64,000 nucleotides of DNA from Myxococcota bacterium (GTDB lineage Bacteria; Myxococcota_A; UBA9160; UBA4427), in NCBI GenBank assembly GCA_965250285.1, contig OZ252299.1:4768001-4832000 (forward strand), read 5' to 3'. Position 1 is the first letter of the stretch, and each line of letters begins with the position of its first letter. Of the stretch, positions 1 through 8,363 are shown piece by piece. Position numbers and translations under genes: made by a program. A model generated the notes under the pieces. That model searched no databases, was not told where the DNA came from, and worked only from the letters and a program-made list of their open reading frames with translations.

Positions 1-1907
1 GACACGGGCGCGCGGAAGCCGATCTCCATCTTCATCGCTTCGAGCAGGCCGAGCGGGTCGCCCGCCTCGACCTCGTCCCCCACCGCAACGCCCACCGACA
101 CGACCATCGCCGGCGACGTCGACCGCACCTGGCCGGCCGTCTGCAACCCATAGCGATGCGCGATGCCATCGACCTCGAGGCGAAGCGACAGCTCGCTCGC
201 GTCGTAGACCACGCGTCGCACTCGACCGTCGATTTCGAACCGGGCGCGGTGCTCGTCCTCTTCGCGAAGACGTGCCGAGACGACGCGACCGTCGAGGTGC
301 ACGCGATACCGCCAAGAACCGATCGCGTAGACCATGACGCGATAGCTCTCGCCATCCTTCGAGAGGTCGACCTGCTGGCCCTCGCTCGGCGGGATCCGCT
401 CGCGCGAGACCGCGCTCGAGTCAGCGAAGAAGAACTCCCGCGCGCGCGCCCGCGCCTGCTGATACGCGATGATCGCGGCGCCGACGAACGCGTCTTCGGC
501 CAGACCGTCGGCCCGCGGCTCGGCTGCACGCCGCGCGTCGTTGAAGCCGTCGAGCCAGCGCGTGTCGACCGGGCCGGCCCGGACCGCTTCGGCGTCGAGC
601 ACGTCGAGCAGGTAGCCCTTGTTCGTGGCCCCGCCCTCGACGACGAGCTCGAAGTCGCGCAGGGCCACGGCGAGTCGACCGCGCGCCTCTTCGCGGGTGT
701 CGCCCGTCGCGATCACCTTGGCGATCAGGCTGTCGAAGTCGGAAGAAATGGTGGTGCCCGCGGTGACGCCCGAGTCGAGTCGGACGCGCGGCCCCAGCGC
801 TGGGTCGAAGCACACGATCCGGCCCGGCGACGGCAGGAAGTCTTCGTCGGGGTCTTCGGCGCAGACGCGCGCTTCGAGCGCGACGCCCCGCTCCTGGATC
901 TCGAGGCCCGAGATCGATTCGCCGCGTGCGATGCGGATCTGCGTCTGCACGAGATCGACGCCGGTGATCTCTTCGGTGATGCCGTGCTCGACCTGCAGGC
1001 GCGGATTGACCTCGAGAAAGTAGAACTGATCGCCCTCGAGCAGAAACTCGACCGTGCCGACGCCGCTGTACGAAACGTGCTTCGCCATGCGAACGGCCGA
1101 GGCCTCGATTGCATCGCGCACGGCGCGCGGGAGACCGGGCGGGGGCGCTTCTTCGAGCACCTTCTGGTTGCGACGCTGAACCGAGCAGTCGCGACTGCCC
1201 ACCGCGATCACGTGACCGTGCTGATCGGCCGCGATCTGCACCTCGATGTGTCGGCCGCCCGTGACGAGCTTCTCGCAGAAGAGATCGCCGTTGCCGAAGG
1301 CCGAGAGCGCCTCGGAGCTCGCCGATTCGAAGGCCGCCGGCAGATCCTCGGGCTCGAAGACGAGGCGAATCCCGCGCCCACCGCCGCCCGCCGTCGCCTT
1401 GACGACGACCGGGTAGCCGATCTGTTCGGCCTGCTCGACCGCGTCTTCGACGTTCTCGAGCGCACGCCCGCTCCACGCGGTGACGGGCACGCCCGCCTTC
1501 TCGGCGAGCTGCTTCGACGTGATCTTGTCGCCGAGCCCGGCCATTGCGTCGGCGCTCGGGCCGAGAAAAGCGATCCCCGCCTCGGCCAGCTTCGTCACGA
1601 ACTTCGGATCTTCGGCGACGAAGCCCCAACCGGGCCACACCGCATCGACGCGCATCTGCTTGAGCGCATCGATCACGCGCTCGTGGTTCAGGTAGGCGGC
1701 GACGGCGCCGTCGTCGCTCGGGATCTCGATGCTCTCATCGGCGTGGCGAACGAAGGGCGTGTCGCGGTCGGGGTCGGTGAAGATCGCGATGGCGGAGAGC
1801 TCCCGCCCCTCGACTGCACGCAGCGCCTTCACGGCGCGAATGCAGCGCATGGCGGCTTCACCGCGGTTCACGATACCGAGACGACGAATCGGGCGACCGA
1901 GCGTCAA
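1..1907 (-). CDS. Fused biotin carboxylase + biotin carboxyl carrier domain (acyl-CoA carboxylase), partial, runs off left edge
   Basis: Not in the ORF track because no stop lies in the window. TTG at 1907 overlaps the PPTase stop (TTGA). Translation gives MTLGRPIRRLGIVNRGEAAMRCIRA, WPGWGFVAED, KATAGGGGRGIR, RDCSVQRRNQK, and in the same frame the biotinylation motif LEAMKME at ~24-44. Confidence 0.93.
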   Translation of the reverse strand, partial: MTLGRPIRRLGIVNRGEAAMRCIRAVKALRAVEGRELSAIAIFTDPDRDTPFVRHADESIEIPSDDGAVAAYLNHERVIDALKQMRVDAVWPGWGFVAEDPKFVTKLAEAGIAFLGPSADAMAGLGDKITSKQLAEKAGVPVTAWSGRALENVEDAVEQAEQIGYPVVVKATAGGGGRGIRLVFEPEDLPAAFESASSEALSAFGNGDLFCEKLVTGGRHIEVQIAADQHGHVIAVGSRDCSVQRRNQKVLEEAPPPGLPRAVRDAIEASAVRMAKHVSYSGVGTVEFLLEGDQFYFLEVNPRLQVEHGITEEITGVDLVQTQIRIARGESISGLEIQERGVALEARVCAEDPDEDFLPSPGRIVCFDPALGPRVRLDSGVTAGTTISSDFDSLIAKVIATGDTREEARGRLAVALRDFELVVEGGATNKGYLLDVLDAEAVRAGPVDTRWLDGFNDARRAAEPRADGLAEDAFVGAAIIAYQQARARAREFFFADSSAVSRERIPPSEGQQVDLSKDGESYRVMVYAIGSWRYRVHLDGRVVSARLREEDEHRARFEIDGRVRRVVYDASELSLRLEVDGIAHRYGLQTAGQVRSTSPAMVVSVGVAVGDEVEAGDPLGLLEAMKMEIGFRAPV

Positions 1908-2602
1908 GCGCAGACCTCACGTACACGGCGCGCCACGGGTCGCGTGAGTGACCGGGCGCGGCGAACGTCGCGCTGCGACCAGGCGCAGGCGACGAATCGA
2001 CCGTGATGGGAGAGGGATACGTCGATCGACGCATCCTTCCCATCGACCATCACCACCGGCACGCGGGCGCGCCGGTCGAGAGAGAGGCGAGCACGGGGCA
2101 CGCCGAGCGCCGCGGCGAGGCGGCGGATCAAGCGGCGGCGCACGTACGCCGAGGGATCGATATCGCTGTGGCCACTCGCGGCCGGCAGCGCGGCAATCTC
2201 CGACTGCGGGGCCAGATCGCCGTCGCGCCAGGCCGTCACATGGACGCGGTCGGCTTCGGCATGGGTCTCGACACGCAGCCGCAGATCGGCGAGCCGACCG
2301 GCGTTCGGCCCTGCGAAGGTGACCCAGCCGAACCCGTGAACGAGGTCGCCCTCGACGCGACGAGTGTCGGTCTCGACCTCGAAGCTCGACGGAGAGAAGA
2401 CCGTCGCGCGATGCCCGCGCTTGACCGCCTTGTAGGCGGCCTCTTTCGCGGCCCACAGCTCCCAGCGGGCGCGATCGGCGTCGGGCCGTTCGGCGAGCCA
2501 CGCACGCTCCGCGGCAGCGAAGGTGCGCTCATCGAAGCGCGGCGAGTACGTCGACGCATCGGCGTCGACATCGGCCAGATCGACGATGTCGTTACCGACC
2601 AT
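1904..2602 (-). CDS. 4'-phosphopantetheinyl transferase
   Basis: VGNDIVD and WAAKEAAYKA motifs, C-terminal VSLSHHG; sits in the ACP operon. Confidence 0.9.
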   Translation of the reverse strand: MVGNDIVDLADVDADASTYSPRFDERTFAAAERAWLAERPDADRARWELWAAKEAAYKAVKRGHRATVFSPSSFEVETDTRRVEGDLVHGFGWVTFAGPNAGRLADLRLRVETHAEADRVHVTAWRDGDLAPQSEIAALPAASGHSDIDPSAYVRRRLIRRLAAALGVPRARLSLDRRARVPVVMVDGKDASIDVSLSHHGRFVACAWSQRDVRRARSLTRPVARRVREVCA

Positions 2603-3353
2603 CGACGTGCGCCTCTTCCATGCGCTTCAGCTGGCCGACGATCTGTTGCGCGATGTCGCGGCTGCGGCGCGCGCCGCGGTGGTCGCTCTTCGGTTCGATG
2701 CACGCGATGTCGACGTAGATCGAGTCGCCCTGCGCCGGATAGTCGCTCCAGCTCTCCTGGCTGCGACCGCGCAGGTACACGCAGAGCACGCGGCAGCCCT
2801 CTACGCCGCCGACGATCCGCCCGACGCCCCAGGCCGCTGCGCTCTCTTCGACCCGACCGCTGCGCGACCGGCCACCCTCCGGAAAGAGCAGGGCGACCTC
2901 GCGCTGCTCGAGGGCGTACGAGATGCGACCGAGCACGGCGGCCACATCCTGGCGATCGCCGCCGCGGCGAATCGGTATGCACTTGCCGAGATAGACGAGC
3001 ACCCGTCGGAGCGGCGTCGTCGCGAAGTTCGTTTCTTCGGGCGTGTTCCAGGGCAGCGTGTCGTAGTCGAACACGTAGGCCCACGGCCCGCGCAGCGCCC
3101 ACGCGATCAGGAACGAATCGACGAGCGTCAGGTGGTTGCCGCAGATCAGCAGGGGCGCATTCGAAGCGCGGCGAATCGCGCGGTACTCGGCGCGGATCCG
3201 CTTCAGGTCTTCGATGCGATAGCCATTGCGCCAACGCATGATCGCAGCGGCGGCGGGCACCCATAGGGGTGCCACCAGCCAGCCGACCAGCCGCTGGACC
3301 GCGTGCGCCCTGCGCATACGTCGTAGATCGTCCGTGGATGCGTTGCCCGTCAA
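2592..3353 (-). CDS. Lysophospholipid / 1-acyl-sn-glycerol-3-phosphate acyltransferase (PlsC family)
   Basis: NHLTLVD (NHxxxxD) and FPEGGRS motifs; TTG start preceded by GGAGG. Confidence 0.9.
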   Translation of the reverse strand: MTGNASTDDLRRMRRAHAVQRLVGWLVAPLWVPAAAAIMRWRNGYRIEDLKRIRAEYRAIRRASNAPLLICGNHLTLVDSFLIAWALRGPWAYVFDYDTLPWNTPEETNFATTPLRRVLVYLGKCIPIRRGGDRQDVAAVLGRISYALEQREVALLFPEGGRSRSGRVEESAAAWGVGRIVGGVEGCRVLCVYLRGRSQESWSDYPAQGDSIYVDIACIEPKSDHRGARRSRDIAQQIVGQLKRMEEAHVDGR

Positions 3354-3423
3354 GGAGCCCCCTCCAGGCGCACCTCGCCGGATCCCGATCTCGCAGCACC
3401 GCCGCGTCGCGGCGGCACGGGGA

Positions 3424-3672
3424 TCAGCCGAGCTTCTCGAGGATCAAGTTCACCGAGTCACCGACCGTGTTGACGCTGTCGACGTCCTCGTCGGCGATCT
3501 CGATGTCGAACTCGTCCTCGAAGGCAATCACGACATCGACGAGTCGGGCCGAGTTGACCTTGAGATCGTCGAGGATGTTCGTCTCCATCGACACGCTGGC
3601 CAGCGCATCTTCGTTCTTGACCCACGGCGTGAGAATCTTGACCACCCGCTCCATCACTTCGCCCTGGTCCAT
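3424..3672 (-). CDS. Acyl carrier protein
   Basis: 82 aa, acidic; DDLKVNSARLVDVVIAFEDEFDIEI, TVGD; strong AGGAGG RBS. Confidence 0.93.
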   Translation of the reverse strand: MDQGEVMERVVKILTPWVKNEDALASVSMETNILDDLKVNSARLVDVVIAFEDEFDIEIADEDVDSVNTVGDSVNLILEKLG

Positions 3673-3811
3673 CGTCGCTCCTCCTTCTTCTACTTACGTG
3701 ATCACGTGCTGTCGTGCTCACGCCGATCCGGCGCCCATCTGTCACGAACCGGGTGCACCCACGTCGGGCGCCACCGATTCGAGGGCCATCGAAGACCGCC
3801 CCCGGCGGCCT

Positions 3812-5089
3812 TCAGCCCTCCCACTTCTTGAAGACGAGGCACGCATTCACGTCGCCAAAGCCGAAGCCCGCCTTCATGATCACCTTCATGTCGGGCTGCT
3901 CACGCAGCTCGTGCGGAATCGAGGCCGCATGCGGCTCGATCTCCGGATGAACGTCTTCGCAGTTGATCGAGGGATGCACCCACCCGCCCGAAACCATCAG
4001 CACTGCGGCGACGGATTCGACGGCGCCCGCGGCGCCCAGGGCGTGCCCGATCATCGATTTCGTACTCGTGATGGTAGGAAGCTCGCCGGGCCCGCGCCCT
4101 AGGGCCTTCGCCCAGCTGCCGACCTCGCGCGGGTCGGCGCCGGTCGCCGTCAGGTGGCCGCTGATCGCGTCGACGTCGTCGGCGGTGATGCCCGCGTCGT
4201 CCATGGCGAGCTGGATGCAGCGCCGAACGCTCTCGGGATTCGGGGCCGTCATGCTGCCCCCCATGCGGTGGCCGCCGCAGTTGATGCCGGATCCGCCCAC
4301 CTCGGCCCAGATCTTCGCGCCCCGAGCCTGGGCACTCTCGAGGCTCTCGAGCAGCACCACGCCAGCGCCGGAGCCCGGGATGAAGCCACCCGCCGAGGCA
4401 CTCATCGGCCGCGACGCCTTCTCGGGTGCGTCGTTCGAGCCTCGGTTGAGCACCCGCATTGCGTCGAAACCGGCCCAGATATAGTGGCTCGCCGCCTCCG
4501 AGCCGCCGCAGAGCATGCGCTCGGCCTGTCCGTGTCGAATGCGATCGAGCCCCATCGCGATCGCCTCGGTGCCCGTGCTGCAGGCGCTCGAATTCGTCGT
4601 GACCTGGTTGCCGAGGGCGAACTGACCCGAGATGCGGGCCGAGATGCCGCTCGCCATCACCTGCTCGACGGCGGTCGAGCCCAGGCGGCGCAGCTTCCCG
4701 GCGTCGGTGAGCGGCACGACCTTCTCGCCGATCGTGTCCATCCCGCCGATGCCCGTGCCGATGATCGCGCCGGTATCCCAGTGGACCGTGTCGTCTTCGC
4801 GGGACGGCCGCTCGAGCCCGGCGTCCGCCCACGCCTCCACCGCCGCGAGGCTCGCGTAGCGGTGGTTCATGTTCATCGCGAGGAGCTCGTCCTCTTCGAA
4901 CGTCGACTCGGCCAGCGCGTCGATGCCTTCGCAAGAGCCCGCCACCGTGCAGCCGAACTTGTGCTCGACCATCACCTCCTGGTGCCGGATGCCCGACTGC
5001 CCCTTCTTGAGAGACGTTTCGAACGCATCTCGCCCGTTGCCGTTGGGCGCGATGATGCCGAGACCGGTAATGACCACACGCCGTGTCAT
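3812..5089 (-). CDS. fabF: Beta-ketoacyl-ACP synthase (FabF/KAS II-like)
   Basis: RRVVITGLG start; Cys-His-His triad in SSACSTG, SGHLTAT and KSMIGHALGAAG; GFGFG near the C-terminus. Confidence 0.9.
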   Translation of the reverse strand: MTRRVVITGLGIIAPNGNGRDAFETSLKKGQSGIRHQEVMVEHKFGCTVAGSCEGIDALAESTFEEDELLAMNMNHRYASLAAVEAWADAGLERPSREDDTVHWDTGAIIGTGIGGMDTIGEKVVPLTDAGKLRRLGSTAVEQVMASGISARISGQFALGNQVTTNSSACSTGTEAIAMGLDRIRHGQAERMLCGGSEAASHYIWAGFDAMRVLNRGSNDAPEKASRPMSASAGGFIPGSGAGVVLLESLESAQARGAKIWAEVGGSGINCGGHRMGGSMTAPNPESVRRCIQLAMDDAGITADDVDAISGHLTATGADPREVGSWAKALGRGPGELPTITSTKSMIGHALGAAGAVESVAAVLMVSGGWVHPSINCEDVHPEIEPHAASIPHELREQPDMKVIMKAGFGFGDVNACLVFKKWEG

Positions 5090-5556
5090 CGAGGTACTCC
5101 CATGCCGGAGAGTTCACCCGCACAGACCACGGTGCCGTCGTCGAGCCGCATCTCGACGTCGCACCGCAGCTTCTTGCGCCGGAAGAACTTCACCCGGCCC
5201 GTCGTCGTCACGCGATCCCCGGGCTTCACCATGCCACTGAACTCGACGTTCGCGTCGGTGAAGACGGTGATCAGCTTCTCGACCTCCTCTTGTGAATGGT
5301 CGAGCGCGTAGAGATAGATGCCGAACGCGACGACACCCGCCTGCGCCATCGTCTCGATGAGAATCACACCCGGCGTGATCGGATTGCCGGGGAAGTGACC
5401 GCGGTAGAAGTCCTCGTCGGCCTTGAACGTATAGCTGGCGACGATGTGCTCGCGGTCGAGCTCGGCGATCTCGTCGATGAAGCGGAAGGGGGCCTGCTGG
5501 GGCACGAGCCCGAGCACCTCTTCTTTCGACAGCTCGACGCCTGCGATCTCAGCCAC
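5086..5556 (-). CDS. 3-hydroxyacyl-ACP dehydratase, FabZ-like hotdog
   Basis: PQQAPFRFID and GHFPGNPITPGVILIE (His/Glu type). GTG at 5556 overlaps the fabG stop region; the ORF track starts at 5571. Confidence 0.88.
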   Translation of the reverse strand: MAEIAGVELSKEEVLGLVPQQAPFRFIDEIAELDREHIVASYTFKADEDFYRGHFPGNPITPGVILIETMAQAGVVAFGIYLYALDHSQEEVEKLITVFTDANVEFSGMVKPGDRVTTTGRVKFFRRKKLRCDVEMRLDDGTVVCAGELSGMGVPR

Positions 5557-6286
5557 CGTACATGCCCCCATTCACGTGCACGACCGTGCCGTTCACGTAG
5601 CTCGCCCGCGTCGAAAGGTAGGCGACGACGTCGGCGACCTCGTCGGCCGTGCCCATGCGGCCCTGGGGAATGCGCGAGAGGATCGCCTCCTTCACCTCTT
5701 CGGGCAGCTCCTCGGTCATCTCAGTGTCGATGAAGCCCGGTGCCACCGAGTTCACCAGGATCTCACGCCCCGCGAGCTCTTGCGCGAGGGATTTCGTGAA
5801 CGCATCGAGGCCGGCCTTCACCATCGTGTACGGGATCTGGCCCGGATTGCCGGTGTGCCCGACGACGCTCGAGATGTTCACGATGCGTCCATTGCCCTTG
5901 CGGAACATGAAGCGACGCAGCACCAGCTTGGTGAGATACCAGCTGCCGCGCGCGACGCCCGCGACATCGTCGTACTGATCGAGGTTCATCGACAGCATCG
6001 GTGCATTGATGTTGAAGCCCGCGTTGTTCACGAGCACGTCGACGCGTCCAGCCTCTTCCTTCAACGTCTTGATCAGCGCATCGACCGACTCGGGGTCGGT
6101 CAGATCGGCCTTGACGGTGAATGCGTCGGGCAGCTCGGCTGCGAGCTTCTTCGCCTTCTCCTCGCTCGAGCGATGGTGCACGGCCACACGGAAGCCCTCG
6201 GCCGCAAGCGCACGACAGCACGCCGCACCGATGCCGGTGCCTCCACCCGTCACGAGGGCGACGGGCTTTTCTTCGGGTTCGCTCAA
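5549..6286 (-). CDS. fabG: 3-oxoacyl-ACP reductase (SDR)
   Basis: TGGGTGIG, VNNAG, NISS, YTMVK, VAPGFIDTEMT, VNGGMY; operon context. Confidence 0.9.
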   Translation of the reverse strand: MSEPEEKPVALVTGGGTGIGAACCRALAAEGFRVAVHHRSSEEKAKKLAAELPDAFTVKADLTDPESVDALIKTLKEEAGRVDVLVNNAGFNINAPMLSMNLDQYDDVAGVARGSWYLTKLVLRRFMFRKGNGRIVNISSVVGHTGNPGQIPYTMVKAGLDAFTKSLAQELAGREILVNSVAPGFIDTEMTEELPEEVKEAILSRIPQGRMGTADEVADVVAYLSTRASYVNGTVVHVNGGMYGG

Positions 6287-6293
6287 CGCCTAA

Positions 6294-6571
6294 CGCTCCA
6301 TTCGGCCGCCCCGGCTGTTTTCGGAGGGCCAGGGGGCGCCTGCGGCGGGCGCAGGCGCACATTCATTCTCATCGCTCCATCTGGCCGCCGCGACTGTTTT
6401 CGGAGGGCCAAGGGGCGCCTGCAGCGGGCGCAGGCACACATTCATTCTCATCGCTCCATCTGACCGCCGCGACTGTTTTCGGAGGGCCAAGGGGCGCCTG
6501 CAGCGGGCGCAGGCACACATTCATTCTCATCGCTCCATCTGACCGCCGCGACTGTTTTCGGAGGGCCAAGG
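6294..6571. repeat. 79-bp tandem repeat, ~3.5 copies (last 45 nt of fabA + 34-nt hairpin-containing insert)
   Basis: CGCTCCAT recurs at 6294, 6373, 6452 and 6531; units are near-identical, and the fabG-proximal copy is the most diverged. Confidence 0.97.
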
Positions 6572-7135
6572 AAAGTCCGGATAGTCGATGTCCTTGAAGA
6601 GGCCGACGCGCGCGCCCTTCACGGTGTAGATCTCCTGGTCGTCGACGATCACCTTCGCGTCGCCGACGATCATCGAAGCACCCGCGCTCTCGAGGGTCGT
6701 GTAGCGCTTGACCTGCAGCTCGTAGCGCACGACCGAGTCGTGGGGACGGATCTGGCCGAAGAACTCGACCTCGCCGCAGCCGAGTGCGCGACCCGTGCCC
6801 AACCCGCCGCGCCAGTTGCAGTAGAAGCCGAAGAGCTGCCAGACCCCGTCGACGCCGAGGCAGCCCGGCTGCACCGGATCACCGAGGAAGTGACACTGGA
6901 AGAACCAGTCGTCGAGGTGGATGTCGCGCTCCGCGACCAGCGTGCCCCGGCTCTTGTTCGCCGTGATCTCGGTGATGCGGTCGACCATGAGCATCGGCGG
7001 CAAGGGCAGGCGCGCCTTGAAATCGGCCGGCGGATCTTTCACCAGGCGTCCGTACGCGAATGCGAGCAGCTCGGTCTTGCTGAACGAAGTGCGGCTCAAG
7101 AACTCGTCGTAGGTGATTGCGTCGCCGGGCGTCAT
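6527..7135 (-). CDS. fabA: 3-hydroxydecanoyl-ACP dehydratase/isomerase
   Basis: LPLPPMLMVDRI, WFFQCHFLGDPVQPGCLGVD (His/Asp type), GRALGCGEVEFFGQIRP. Confidence 0.92.
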   Translation of the reverse strand: MTPGDAITYDEFLSRTSFSKTELLAFAYGRLVKDPPADFKARLPLPPMLMVDRITEITANKSRGTLVAERDIHLDDWFFQCHFLGDPVQPGCLGVDGVWQLFGFYCNWRGGLGTGRALGCGEVEFFGQIRPHDSVVRYELQVKRYTTLESAGASMIVGDAKVIVDDQEIYTVKGARVGLFKDIDYPDFPWPSENSRGGQMER

Positions 7136-8154
7136 GCGGCCTCCCGGAATCGAACGAGATACGAGCCCCAGGTCAGACCTGCACCGACGCCCACCATCGC
7201 GACATCGTCATCGGCCTTCCACTTGTCCCAGTCTTGCGAGAGCACGCTGGCGCCGCTGGCGGCGCCCGTGTTGCCGAACCACTCGGCGTTCGAGTGGTGC
7301 CGGTCGGGCGGTATGTCGCAGCGTTTGCAGACGCTCTCGAGCATGCGCAGGTTGGCCTGGTGCCCGATGAAATGGAAGCTGCGGTCTTCTTCGACCCAGT
7401 TCTCACGCAGAGCGTTGACACGGCCAGCCGTCTTCTTGATGGCGAACATCTGAACCGTGCGGCCTTCCTGATCGAAGTGACCGAGGCGCGGGATCAGCAC
7501 CTTCTCGTTGCCCTGGGGATCGGATTCGAGGGTCGATCCCACGATCTCGGCCCGCCCCGTGTCGCGCGGCGAGATCACCGCCGCGACCGCAGCGTCGCCC
7601 CAGAGCACCGCCGACGAGCGGTCGGTGTAGTCGACCGTTCGCGTCATGCCTTCCATCGAGACCAGCAGCACGTAGTCGGGGAGCTTCGCGGGATCCATCA
7701 TCGAGAGCATGTAGATGCCCGCGTAGAAGCTCGTGCAGGCCGAGTTCATGTCGAGTGCGGGCACCCCGAGGTCGAGCTCGCGCGCGAGGTTGCACGCGTC
7801 GGCGGGCGTGACGGTGTCGGGTGCACAGCCGCCGCCGATCACGAGGCCGACCTGCTGCGCGTCGACGCCCGCACGCTCGAGCGCGAGCCGTGCGGCCCGG
7901 GCCCCCATCTGAGCCTGCGAGTACTCCGCCGCTTCGATCGCGTCGGCCGGGTTCGCGTTGCGGGTCTCACGGATATAGTCGAGGGGGAGCGCCGTGCGGC
8001 GGCTGCGGATGCCGACCCGCTCCATGATCCAGTCGTGCGAGGTCCCGATGTCGAGGCTCTCGAGGAACGCATTGTCGATCTCGTTCTCGGGATGGAAGTG
8101 CCCGAGCCCCGCCAGGAAAAGACTCACTCCGCTGCTCCCCGTCGCGTTCGACAT
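7132..8154 (-). CDS. Ketoacyl-ACP synthase III (FabH-like)
   Basis: TSHDWIMERVGIRSR, NSACTSF, GHQANLRM, GNTGAAS (Cys-His-Asn). Start uncertain (8178, 8154 or GTG 8127). Confidence 0.9.
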   Translation of the reverse strand: MSNATGSSGVSLFLAGLGHFHPENEIDNAFLESLDIGTSHDWIMERVGIRSRRTALPLDYIRETRNANPADAIEAAEYSQAQMGARAARLALERAGVDAQQVGLVIGGGCAPDTVTPADACNLARELDLGVPALDMNSACTSFYAGIYMLSMMDPAKLPDYVLLVSMEGMTRTVDYTDRSSAVLWGDAAVAAVISPRDTGRAEIVGSTLESDPQGNEKVLIPRLGHFDQEGRTVQMFAIKKTAGRVNALRENWVEEDRSFHFIGHQANLRMLESVCKRCDIPPDRHHSNAEWFGNTGAASGASVLSQDWDKWKADDDVAMVGVGAGLTWGSYLVRFREAA

Positions 8155-8363
8155 CGGGCCTGAGCCAGATGTCTCCACCGACCCGTGTGGGCCATCGCGG
8201 GCAGGGGGCTCCCCGCGAGAATCTCATCGATCTCGCTGCCCCCGCCCATCCTGCACGAGGGCGTGGCGAAAATAGCCCCGTCCGGCTCGCGTGCGCCTCG
8301 TTCGAGTGCAAACGTCGTGCAAATTCTCGAAAGATGGCCGTGATTTGCTGCGCGTTCGGAGGA

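Noticed and set aside
6290..6529. Selenocysteine readthrough of fabA (TGA GAA TGA followed by a hairpin, in frame to the distal copy)
   Set aside because: FabA is already complete, two UGAs would need recoding, the extension is frame-cycled repeat sequence, and the hairpin is not recognisably a SECIS.
6294..6571. CRISPR array (34-nt palindromic repeat + 45-nt spacers)
   Set aside because: The apparent spacers are near-identical copies of the fabA end, and there are no cas genes or leader; it is a tandem repeat.
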